NCBI GenBank assembly: GCA_040767805.1
Contig: JAXGNU010000004.1
Coordinates: forward strand, 96,001-160,000
Length of the DNA stretch: 64,000 nt
Direction of reading: 5' to 3'
Source: Thermovirgaceae bacterium
GTDB taxonomy: Bacteria > Synergistota > Synergistia > Synergistales > Thermovirgaceae
Shown here: piece by piece, positions 56,097 to 64,000 of the stretch
Layout: every line of letters begins with the position of its first letter
Numbering within the stretch: the first letter of the stretch is position 1
Made by a program: the position numbers and the translations under genes
Notes under the pieces: model-generated
What the model was told of the DNA's origin: nothing
The model's database searches: none
The model's input: only the letters and a program-made list of their open reading frames with translations

Positions 56097-57698
56097 ATGG
56101 CCGGGACAGCCATTGGGATCAGGGGCTCCCTGTGGACCGGCGACCCGCGGAGGCCCCGGGCCGATGCTCTCGTCGTCAAGGGCGGCGATATCGTCTCCGT
56201 GGGGAGTTACGAGGAGGTCAGGAACGCCCCCCGTCCAGGGGGCGTCGAATGGATCGACGCCGGCCGCCGCACGGTCCTCCCCGGGATGACGGATTCGCAC
56301 CTGCACCTCGGGGCCCTCGTCAAGCAGGGGTCGGCCCTATCCCTTTACGAGGCGTCATCGAGGGAAGACCTCCTGGCGATGGTCCGCCGTAAGGGAGCCG
56401 AACTTGGCCCCGGCTGCTGGGTTCACGGGGTCCGTTTCGACAACTCACGCTGGCCCGACACGGCCCTGCCCACGCTGGAGGAACTGGACGACCTGGGCCT
56501 TCCCAACCCGGTCCTCCTCGTCCGCGTCTGCACCCACGTGCACGTGGTCAACAGCAGGGCCCTCCAGGAGGCCGGGCTCTCGGCGGAGGGCCTCTCCGGC
56601 GCCGGCGTAGTCCGAGACGGGCGGGGTCGTTTCACCGGGGCGCTCCTCGAGGGCTTCGCCGGGCCGGTGATCCGGGCCATGGGGAGGGACTCGGCCGGGG
56701 CGGTCCGGGCCTTGAAGGAAACCATGCTCGCCCTGGCGTCGGAGGGCATCACCGGCGTCCATACCTGCAGCGCCCCGTCCTACGGCCTGGGGGAGGACCT
56801 GGGGGCCTACCGGGCCCTTCACGAGCGCGGGGAACTCCCCGTCAGGGTGCGCCTTTACAGCGACGAACCCCTCCCCGGATGGAAGTCCAGCGGCGAGGGC
56901 GACGAGTGGCTATGCTACGGGGGGAGGAAGTTTTTCCTCGACGGCTCCCTGGGAGGCCGGACGGCGGCGATGACCTTCCCCTACGAAGACGCCCCCTCCA
57001 CCCGGGGGGCTCTCAACATGAGCGACGAGGAGTTCCTCCGGCAGGCAAGGGATGAACACGCCGCCGGGAACCAGTTGCAGGTCCACGCCATCGGCGACGC
57101 CGCCGTCGACCAGTTCATCCGGGCGATGGTATCCCTGGGGGACCTGCCCCCCCTCCCGTCGGGGCTGCGTCACAGGGTCGTTCACCTGCAGGTATGCCGA
57201 CCGGACCAGGTCCGGGACCTGGCCCGGCTCGGCGCGGTCTGCGATGTCCAGCCCGCCTTCGTCCCCAGTGACATCGCCATTGCCGAAGGCAGGATAGGCC
57301 GCGCCAGGCTGGGGTGGGCCTACGCCTGGAAGAGCATGCTCCGGGCCGGCCTGCTGCTCACCGGGTCGAGCGACGCCCCCGTGGAGCCCGCCAACCCCTT
57401 CAGGGGCGTCTGGGCCGCCGTGAACAGGGTCGACGACGAAGGTCGACCGGCGGGAGGGTGGCTCCCCAGCCAGAAGTTGACCCTCGACGAGGCCCTTGCC
57501 CTTTTCACGGTGAACGCCGCCAGGGCCGTCGGGCAGGGGGGGAGGTCCGGCTCCCTGCGGCCGGGGTCGAGGGCCGACCTGGTGATCCTCGACCGCGATA
57601 TCGGCCGCACCCCGCCGGGGGAACTCAAGGACGTCAAGCCGCTCCTGACCATGGCCGGAGGGAAGATCACCTACCAGGCCGCCGGCGGCGGTCTCTGA
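56097..57698 (+). CDS. Amidohydrolase_3 (YtcJ-like) metal-dependent hydrolase
   Basis: PG.TDSHLH, K.FLDGSLG.RTA, HAIGD.A, GSSDAPV and G..ADLVILD. Confidence 0.92.
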   Translation: MAGTAIGIRGSLWTGDPRRPRADALVVKGGDIVSVGSYEEVRNAPRPGGVEWIDAGRRTVLPGMTDSHLHLGALVKQGSALSLYEASSREDLLAMVRRKGAELGPGCWVHGVRFDNSRWPDTALPTLEELDDLGLPNPVLLVRVCTHVHVVNSRALQEAGLSAEGLSGAGVVRDGRGRFTGALLEGFAGPVIRAMGRDSAGAVRALKETMLALASEGITGVHTCSAPSYGLGEDLGAYRALHERGELPVRVRLYSDEPLPGWKSSGEGDEWLCYGGRKFFLDGSLGGRTAAMTFPYEDAPSTRGALNMSDEEFLRQARDEHAAGNQLQVHAIGDAAVDQFIRAMVSLGDLPPLPSGLRHRVVHLQVCRPDQVRDLARLGAVCDVQPAFVPSDIAIAEGRIGRARLGWAYAWKSMLRAGLLLTGSSDAPVEPANPFRGVWAAVNRVDDEGRPAGGWLPSQKLTLDEALALFTVNAARAVGQGGRSGSLRPGSRADLVILDRDIGRTPPGELKDVKPLLTMAGGKITYQAAGGGL

Positions 57699-57703
57699 AG
57701 CCC

Positions 57704-58492
57704 TCAGACAAGATCCTTCAGCGAACGGGCCAGGGTACCCCGCGGGAGGTCGCCGACCTTCCCCACGGCCAGGAAGATGCCGTCGATGTAGATCTCGCTG
57801 GAAAAATCCTGGACCGTGACCCTGATAACCTCGTCCTGCCTGGCCAGGGTGACCTCGTGCTCCGAATAGGGGCCCGGGTAGGGAAATCTCTGGGAGGTCA
57901 CCGGGACACCCGAGATCATGGCGCCCATCACGCCCGGGAAGACCTCGCGGCTTTCTACCTCGCCCTTGGGGCCCTCGGCGGCGATGCCGGCCAGGGTGGC
58001 CGCCGTCCCGCTGGGGGCGTTGGCCATCCTCGCGGGATGCCTGTCGGTGACGGCGACATAGGGATAGTACTGCCTGGCGGTCCTCAAGAAATCCATCACC
58101 AGGTTTATCCCCAGGCCGTAGTTGGAGATCACCGACCAGCGCAGGCCCTTCTCCTTCACCATCTCCCCCACCTGGGCCATCTCCCCGTCGGTGAGGCCCG
58201 TCGTCCCTATGACGGCGTCCACGCCGGCGTCGGCATAGACCCGGAGGTTGTCCATGAGGACCGCCGTGGAGGTGAAATCGACCACCACGTCGGGCGAAGA
58301 TTCGCGGATGCCCGAGGCCAGGTCGGCGCTCGAGACCACCCCCACCGGCTCCATGCCGGCCAGGACGCCCAGGTCCCGGCCCGCCTCGAGGCACCACCCA
58401 CCGGCCAGTTCAAGGCCCTCCCTCTCGAGGACATTCCTTACCACCAATTTCCCCACGTTGCCGGAAGCCCCGGAAACGAAAACCCTTTTCAA
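57704..58492 (-). CDS. DapB-like (4-hydroxy-tetrahydrodipicolinate reductase family) oxidoreductase
   Basis: GASG.VG, DV.VDFT, VIGTTG, N..LG.NL and APSGTA; catalytic motif divergent; TTG start after GAGGAGG. Confidence 0.8.
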   Translation of the reverse strand: MKRVFVSGASGNVGKLVVRNVLEREGLELAGGWCLEAGRDLGVLAGMEPVGVVSSADLASGIRESSPDVVVDFTSTAVLMDNLRVYADAGVDAVIGTTGLTDGEMAQVGEMVKEKGLRWSVISNYGLGINLVMDFLRTARQYYPYVAVTDRHPARMANAPSGTAATLAGIAAEGPKGEVESREVFPGVMGAMISGVPVTSQRFPYPGPYSEHEVTLARQDEVIRVTVQDFSSEIYIDGIFLAVGKVGDLPRGTLARSLKDLV

Positions 58493-58635
58493 CGGTATCC
58501 CTCCTCGTGGTATTGACCTGTAGTGTTCTTCCAGTACAGTGTACCCTGTTCCCCCGCCGGATGGGGCCATGATGGTATGCTTGTCCCGTGGTTTTCGAAC
58601 CGTTTCACCGGGGGAACACGAAGGGGGACCGGACT

Positions 58636-59478
58636 ATGACCCTCCCATGGCAGGAAAAGATCGTCTCCGCTAGCACCCAAAAAGGGGATCACCGCCTGGT
58701 GCCCTGGCGGGTCTGCCGGGAGGCGGCGAGGGAGGCGGGCATCCCCGCCAGGAAAGCCGAACTATGGGCCTGCGAGAACGGGATCTGCCCCTCCCGCTAC
58801 GAGCGCAGCCTGGGAACCCTCGGCCTGGCGGGCCAGGCGAGGCTCCTGGCTTCAAGGGCGGCGGTGATAGGATGCGGGGGCCTCGGGGGGTGGATAGTGG
58901 AGATCCTGGCGAGGGCGGGGGTCGGGGAGATCGTCGTCGTCGACGGGGATGTCTTCGGTGACAGCAACCTCAACAGGCAATCCTTGAGCCGCGAAGACAA
59001 CATCGGCGGGTCCAAGGCCCTCGAGGCCAGGAAGAGGGTCGAGGCCGTCAACGGCGCCGTGGAGGTGACGGCCTGGGACCTTTACCTGACCGCCGACAAC
59101 GCGTCGGGGATCCTCGAGGGCTGCCGGGTCGCCGTTGACGCCCTCGACAGCAACGAGGCCCGGGCGACGCTCCTCTCGGCCTGCCGGAGGCTGGGCATTC
59201 CGATGGTCCATGGGGCCATCGGGGGGTTCTGGGGCCAGGCCTGCGTGATCCTCCCCGGCGACAGGGCCCCCTGGGAACTGGCCATCGCCGGGGACAGGGG
59301 TGTGGAGGATGTCACGGGCAATCCCCCCTTCACGCCCGCCTTCGTAGCCTCCCTGGAGGCGGCCGAGGCGGTGAGGCTCCTCTCGGGGGCGGGTGAACCC
59401 CTTTCGGGCATGCTCTGGTGCGACCTTAAGGTGCACGAATATTGCAGGATCGATCTCAGGAAAGGGGCGGGCGGCTGA
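58636..59478 (+). CDS. HesA/MoeB/ThiF family protein
   Basis: RY.R, GCGGLG, VDGD.F..SNLNRQ, K and DALDS. Confidence 0.92.
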   Translation: MTLPWQEKIVSASTQKGDHRLVPWRVCREAAREAGIPARKAELWACENGICPSRYERSLGTLGLAGQARLLASRAAVIGCGGLGGWIVEILARAGVGEIVVVDGDVFGDSNLNRQSLSREDNIGGSKALEARKRVEAVNGAVEVTAWDLYLTADNASGILEGCRVAVDALDSNEARATLLSACRRLGIPMVHGAIGGFWGQACVILPGDRAPWELAIAGDRGVEDVTGNPPFTPAFVASLEAAEAVRLLSGAGEPLSGMLWCDLKVHEYCRIDLRKGAGG

Positions 59479-59543
59479 ACCGCCTTGGTTTTTCGTCTCG
59501 ACTTTCACGTAACACGCCTAATCCATACCCGGGAGGTTTTCCG

Positions 59544-59987
59544 ATGCTCATCGACAGGGCCAGGTACTACTATCTCTTCGAAGACATGAACTGCGCCGAG
59601 ACCATCCTTCGCGCGGCCAATGACGAGTACTCCCTGGGGCTCGACCCCGTGGGGCTCAGGACCATGGCCGGCTTCGGGGGCGGCATGGGCATCGGCTCCA
59701 CCTGCTGCGGGGCTTTGTCCGGGTCCATCGCCGCGATCTCGGTCAGGTTCACCTCCACGAGGTCCCATGATAACCCGCTGGTCGCAGACCTCTGCAGGGC
59801 CTTCCTGGAAGGATTCGCCTCCAGGCACGGCGCCATCGACTGCGACCCCCTGAAGGACCTTTACAGGGACAGCCGGTTCGGGTGCCTCCCGGTGGTCGAA
59901 CGGGCCGCCGGGGAACTCGAGAGGCTCATGCTGGAAAACGGGCCGAAGTTTCCTCCCCACCCGGGGCAGGGAAAGAAGGAAGGGTGA
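59544..59987 (+). CDS. C-GCAxxG-C-C family putative redox protein
   Basis: NCAE, FGGGMG...CGALSG, G.I.C..L and C...V. Confidence 0.88.
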   Translation: MLIDRARYYYLFEDMNCAETILRAANDEYSLGLDPVGLRTMAGFGGGMGIGSTCCGALSGSIAAISVRFTSTRSHDNPLVADLCRAFLEGFASRHGAIDCDPLKDLYRDSRFGCLPVVERAAGELERLMLENGPKFPPHPGQGKKEG

Positions 59988-60114
59988 CGGGTCCTTTCGG
60001 CAGGCCGCCCCGGGGATCGACCTCCCCTCCCGGCGATGGAATCCGAAATCATTCTTGACTTTGCCCGCCGCCTGGATTATTGTCCCTCTAACCCCTTCGA
60101 GAGAGGGTAGTGAA

Positions 60115-60867
60115 ATGTCACTCCGGTCCCGTATCACCCTGCTCCTGGCGGTGCTCCTTTTCTGTTTCACTTCCGGCGTCGAGGCTGACCCCGGCCCGGT
60201 CTATTCCGGCCCCAAGGGCGTACCCGTCGTGGCCCTGACCTTCGACGACGGGCCTCACCAGTTCACGACCCCCAGGCTCATCACGCTCCTCGATGAACTT
60301 TCCGTCAGGGGCACCTTCTTCATCGTCGGGACCCAGGCCGTACAGTTCCCAGGGATACTGGAAGACCTCGCCTCGAGGGGGCATACCGTGGCGAACCACT
60401 CCTGGTCTCACCGGAACATCACCCAACTCGACCGGGGGGCCCTCCTCGAAGAACTCGCCTTCTGCAGCCAGGCCATCGAGACCATCACCGGCGTCCGCCC
60501 ACGGTTCTTCCGCCCCCCCGGGGGGAAATGGGACAGGCAGTCCCTGGCGACCGTCCAGGAACTGGGCCTCACCACGGTTCTCTGGGACGTGACCGGCAGG
60601 GACATGGTCCAGAGGTCGCCCCGCCAGATGGCGGCCTCCGTCGTCAAGGCGGCCGTGCCCGGGTCGATCATACTCCTCCACGGGGGGATGGAGTGGACCA
60701 TGGAGGCGCTGCCGCTGATCGTGGAAGGGCTGAGGGCGAGGGGGTTCCTCCTGGTCTCCCTCGACCAGATGTTCCCCTCCGCGAGAGAGGCGGCGGTGCC
60801 TCTCAGGAACGTCCCGGTCGAAAGGGCCTCGCCTCCCCCGGTTCGCCCCGTCAAGGTCGTACCCTGA
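60115..60867 (+). CDS. Polysaccharide deacetylase (NodB family)
   Basis: ALTFDDGP, NHSWSH, FRPPGG and IILLH. Confidence 0.93.
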   Translation: MSLRSRITLLLAVLLFCFTSGVEADPGPVYSGPKGVPVVALTFDDGPHQFTTPRLITLLDELSVRGTFFIVGTQAVQFPGILEDLASRGHTVANHSWSHRNITQLDRGALLEELAFCSQAIETITGVRPRFFRPPGGKWDRQSLATVQELGLTTVLWDVTGRDMVQRSPRQMAASVVKAAVPGSIILLHGGMEWTMEALPLIVEGLRARGFLLVSLDQMFPSAREAAVPLRNVPVERASPPPVRPVKVVP

Positions 60868-61017
60868 ACGTCGTGTGAGAATCCCTTCCCGTCACCGGTG
60901 AAGGCACGCCGCGGCGCTTTTAGTAAAACCCTCCGCCACCCCCCTTCGCGGGCATTACCATGAGGTCCGTCGTGGGGTCGCCCCTTCCGGCGAAGGGGAT
61001 ATAATGAAAGTGGGGAG

Positions 61018-61923
61018 GTGGCCGTTTTGACCAGGGTCGGGTTGGCCCTAGGCGGTGGCGGCGCCAGGGGGGCCGCCCACTTCGGGGTCCTCAAGGTGCT
61101 TGAGGCGGAAAGGATCCCCATAGACCTGATAGCTGGAACGTCCATGGGGGCCATCGTGGGCGCCATGTACGCCCAGAACCCCGACGCCTCCGCCGTGATC
61201 GAGAGGTACGAGCGCTTCATAGGCAGCATGGATTACGGCTCCTACGGCCTGAAGTATATCGCCGCCGACGCCGACCAGGACTCCCACCTGCTGCAGAAGT
61301 TCGCCAGGACCATTGCCCAGAGGATCTACATGAGTTCCATGGGTCACCGGTCGGGGATCATGAAGCCGGAATTCCTGGACAACGCCCTCAAGGAACTGCT
61401 GGACCGGGGGAACGTACAGGACACGAAGATACCCTTCGGAGCCGTGGCGACGGACCTCAACTCCGGGAGCACGATCCTGATCCGGGAGGGGAGCATCAGG
61501 AAGGCCGTCCGGAGGAGCGCCCTGATACCGGGCTACCTGCCGCCGGAAGAAGAGGGGAGCAAGCTCATCACCGACGGGGGGGTGAGCGAGCCCGTCCCGG
61601 TGGATTCGGCGCTGAAGATGGGCGCCGACGTGGTGATAGCCGTTTCGGTGGACCCCGCCACCATGCCCGGCCTCGAGGACCCCAGCATGATAAACATAAT
61701 GCGCCGCTGCGACCTCATCAGGGGCATCCACATGTCGAGGGCCCAGGTCGAAAAGGCCGACGTCTGCCTGTGCCCCGACATGAGCAGCAGCGACTGGAGT
61801 GAATTCCTCTCCTCGGGCGAGTTCATAAAGGCCGGGGAGGAAGAGGCCAGGAAAAAACTCCCCCAGGTGCGGGAAGCGCTGCGCAAGAAGAGACCCTGGT
61901 TCCTCCGCCTCTTTTCGAACTGA
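61018..61923 (+). CDS. Patatin-like phospholipase
   Basis: LGGGGARG, GTSMG and DGG motifs. Confidence 0.93.
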   Translation: MAVLTRVGLALGGGGARGAAHFGVLKVLEAERIPIDLIAGTSMGAIVGAMYAQNPDASAVIERYERFIGSMDYGSYGLKYIAADADQDSHLLQKFARTIAQRIYMSSMGHRSGIMKPEFLDNALKELLDRGNVQDTKIPFGAVATDLNSGSTILIREGSIRKAVRRSALIPGYLPPEEEGSKLITDGGVSEPVPVDSALKMGADVVIAVSVDPATMPGLEDPSMINIMRRCDLIRGIHMSRAQVEKADVCLCPDMSSSDWSEFLSSGEFIKAGEEEARKKLPQVREALRKKRPWFLRLFSN

Positions 61924-61943
61924 CCCCGGCCCTTCCCTTCTTC

Positions 61944-61973
61944 TTGACATACTCCCTATTGGTATACTAACCT
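61944..61973 (+). promoter_or_regulatory. Promoter with CsoR/CstR-like operator
   Basis: TTGACA overlapping ATACTCCCTATTGGTAT (61949-61965). Confidence 0.5.
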
Positions 61974-62050
61974 TGCGGCGTGTTCCGGGTTTCCCGGCGG
62001 TCACCTGCCGCGGAGGAGCAAGTATCCTGGTCCCCAGGGAGGGATGGGTC

Positions 62051-63745
62051 ATGAAGGACAAAAAGGTGCTCATCGTCGGCGGTGTCGCCTGCGGTGGCAA
62101 GGCGGCGGCGAGGCTCATGAGGGTCGATCCCCGGGCCGACGTCACCGTGCTGGAAAGGGGAGAATACATCAGTTACGCCGGGTGCGGCCTACCCTACTAC
62201 GTCGGGGGCGTGGTCAAGGAGTACCGGGACCTGATGACCACCCCCATTGGCGTGGTCAGGGACGAGAACTTCTTCCGCAAGGTCAAGCACGTCACCGTCC
62301 ATACCCAGCACCTGGCCACGAAGATCGACAGGGGGAGGAAGACCGTCACGGCCCTGGACCTGCGCAACGGCGAGGAAAAGGAGTTCCCCTACGACAAGCT
62401 CGTCCTGTCGACGGGGGCCAGCCCCCTGAGGCCCCCCATACCGGGGTCGGACCTTCCCAGGGTCTTCACCCTCTGGAACATGCCCGACGCCCTCGCCATG
62501 CGCGCCGCCATCGACAGCGGCAAGGTCAAGAACGCCGTTGTCATAGGTGCGGGCCTCATCGGGATGGAAGTCGTGGAGGCCCTCCACGACCAGGGCATCC
62601 AGGTGTCCATCGTCGACCTCTGCGAGACGCCGCTGCCCCAGATGATGGACCGGGAATTCGGCAACCTCCTCAGGGCCGTCCTTGAGAAAAAGGGCATCAA
62701 CTTTTTCGGCGGGGAGAAGGTCCTGGAGATCCAGGGGTGCAACGGCGAGATAAAGTCCGTCAAGACCGACAAGCGGGAGGTCCCGGCCGAAATGGTCTTG
62801 ATGGCCGTGGGTGTCAGGCCCAACGTCGGTATCGCCCGGGAGGCCGGCCTGGCCCTCGGCAGCTGCGGCGGGGTCATAGTCGACGACCACATGCGCACCA
62901 GCGACCCCGATATCTACGCCGGCGGCGACTGCGTCGAGGTGAAAAACGTCCTCACCGGCAAGCCCGTCTGGCAGCCCATGGGTTCCGTGGCGAACCGCCA
63001 GGGCCGAGTGATCGCGGACAACATCGCGGGCCTGCCCACCACCTTCAAGGGCGTGGCGGGGACGGCCATCATGAAGGCCTTCGAGTACACCATCGGCAAG
63101 ACGGGCCTGACCAGGGAGCAGGCCCGGCTGGAGGGCTTCAACGCCGAGGCGGTGACCATCGTCGATTCCGACACCCCCCACTTCATGCCCGGCTCCGCCG
63201 CCATCCAGGTCCGCATCGTCGCCGACAGGAAGACCCGAAAGGTCCTGGGGGCCCAGGTATTCGGGGCCGGCAGGGCGGACAAGAGGCTCGACATCCTCGT
63301 CTCGGCCGCCGCGGGGGGCCTCACCATCGATGAGCTGGCCGACGCCGACATCGCCTACGCGCCCCCCTACTCGACGGCGCTCGACCCCGTCACCCACGCC
63401 GCCAACACCCTGAAGAACAAGTTGGACGGCCTGATGGTCTCCTGGAGCCCCTCGGAACTGGCCGAGAAGATCAGGAAGGGGGAAAACCCCGTGCTGCTCG
63501 ACGTCCGCTCCCCCGACGAGGTGAAGGCCCAGGGGACCCTCCCCTACGAGACCACCCTCATCCCGCTGGGCCAACTGTGGGACCGGGGGTCGGAACTCCC
63601 CAGGGACAGGGAGATCATCGCCTTCTGCAAGATATCGGTCCGCGGGTGGGACGCCAATTCCATACTCAGGAGGCTGGGTTACGAGAAGGTCTCCGTCCTC
63701 GAGGGCGGCATCGCGGGCTGGCCCTTCGAGTTGAGGAAGGAATAA
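62051..63745 (+). CDS. CoA-disulfide reductase-like flavoprotein with C-terminal rhodanese domain
   Basis: SYAGCGLPY, GAGLIG.E, IYAGGDC and YAPPYS; rhodanese DVR...C....R...GG..GW. Confidence 0.93.
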   Translation: MKDKKVLIVGGVACGGKAAARLMRVDPRADVTVLERGEYISYAGCGLPYYVGGVVKEYRDLMTTPIGVVRDENFFRKVKHVTVHTQHLATKIDRGRKTVTALDLRNGEEKEFPYDKLVLSTGASPLRPPIPGSDLPRVFTLWNMPDALAMRAAIDSGKVKNAVVIGAGLIGMEVVEALHDQGIQVSIVDLCETPLPQMMDREFGNLLRAVLEKKGINFFGGEKVLEIQGCNGEIKSVKTDKREVPAEMVLMAVGVRPNVGIAREAGLALGSCGGVIVDDHMRTSDPDIYAGGDCVEVKNVLTGKPVWQPMGSVANRQGRVIADNIAGLPTTFKGVAGTAIMKAFEYTIGKTGLTREQARLEGFNAEAVTIVDSDTPHFMPGSAAIQVRIVADRKTRKVLGAQVFGAGRADKRLDILVSAAAGGLTIDELADADIAYAPPYSTALDPVTHAANTLKNKLDGLMVSWSPSELAEKIRKGENPVLLDVRSPDEVKAQGTLPYETTLIPLGQLWDRGSELPRDREIIAFCKISVRGWDANSILRRLGYEKVSVLEGGIAGWPFELRKE

Positions 63746-63767
63746 CAATAAGGGCGGTACCGGCTTG

Positions 63768-64000
63768 TCAGTCCTCCAGCCGGTACCCCTTTTCCCTGAA
63801 CAGGCGCAGGCAGGCCTTGGCGACGTCGGGGTCGTAGAGGGTCCCGGCGTTGACCTCGATCTCCTCGAGGGCTTCCTCCAGCCCGACGGCGGGCCGGTAG
63901 GGCCGGTAGGAGGCCATGGCTTCCACCACGTCGGCTACGGCCAGGATCCTCGCCTCGAGGCTGATCTCGTCGCCCTTCAGACCCTGGGGGTACCCGGAAC
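63768..64000 (-). CDS. HD-GYP domain protein, C-terminal part only
   Basis: Manual translation SGYPQGLKGDEISLEARILAVADVVEAMASYRPYRP...LYDPDV...RLED*; runs off the window end. Confidence 0.9.
   Translation of the reverse strand, partial: SGYPQGLKGDEISLEARILAVADVVEAMASYRPYRPAVGLEEALEEIEVNAGTLYDPDVAKACLRLFREKGYRLED

Overview
GC-rich bacterial chromosomal window. It combines diderm features (TolC, CsgG-like) with Firmicute-like remB-gyrB and rocB genes, which suggests Synergistota; this is inference only. Most genes are housekeeping or transport: gpsA, a tRNA nucleotidyltransferase, an Opp/Dpp-type ABC operon, several MFS/DMT permeases, addB/addA, bcp, gyrB, a type IV minor-pilin/PilY1 operon, a TetR-TolC-MFP-RND efflux operon, a dapB-like gene, a CoA-disulfide reductase-rhodanese fusion and four c-di-GMP signalling genes. 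The main points of interest are: (1) a 382-aa Ser1 intein with a decayed LAGLIDADG region inside the GyrB TOPRIM motif; (2) an integrase-core IS bounded by 29-bp inverted repeats and by a 16-bp direct repeat that includes part of its own end; (3) next to it, an apparently complete Ile/Val/Leu leader-peptide attenuator with no ilv/leu gene downstream; (4) a dispersed family of heptamer (CGATTYA) and GGGGTCAG repeats in three intergenic regions; (5) several proteins with altered architecture or catalytic motifs (circularly permuted SBP, probable CC-adding enzyme, AddA and AddB both with four-Cys staples, PilY1 lacking the Ca loop, DapB lacking HH..K). No rRNA, tRNA or CRISPR array was seen.
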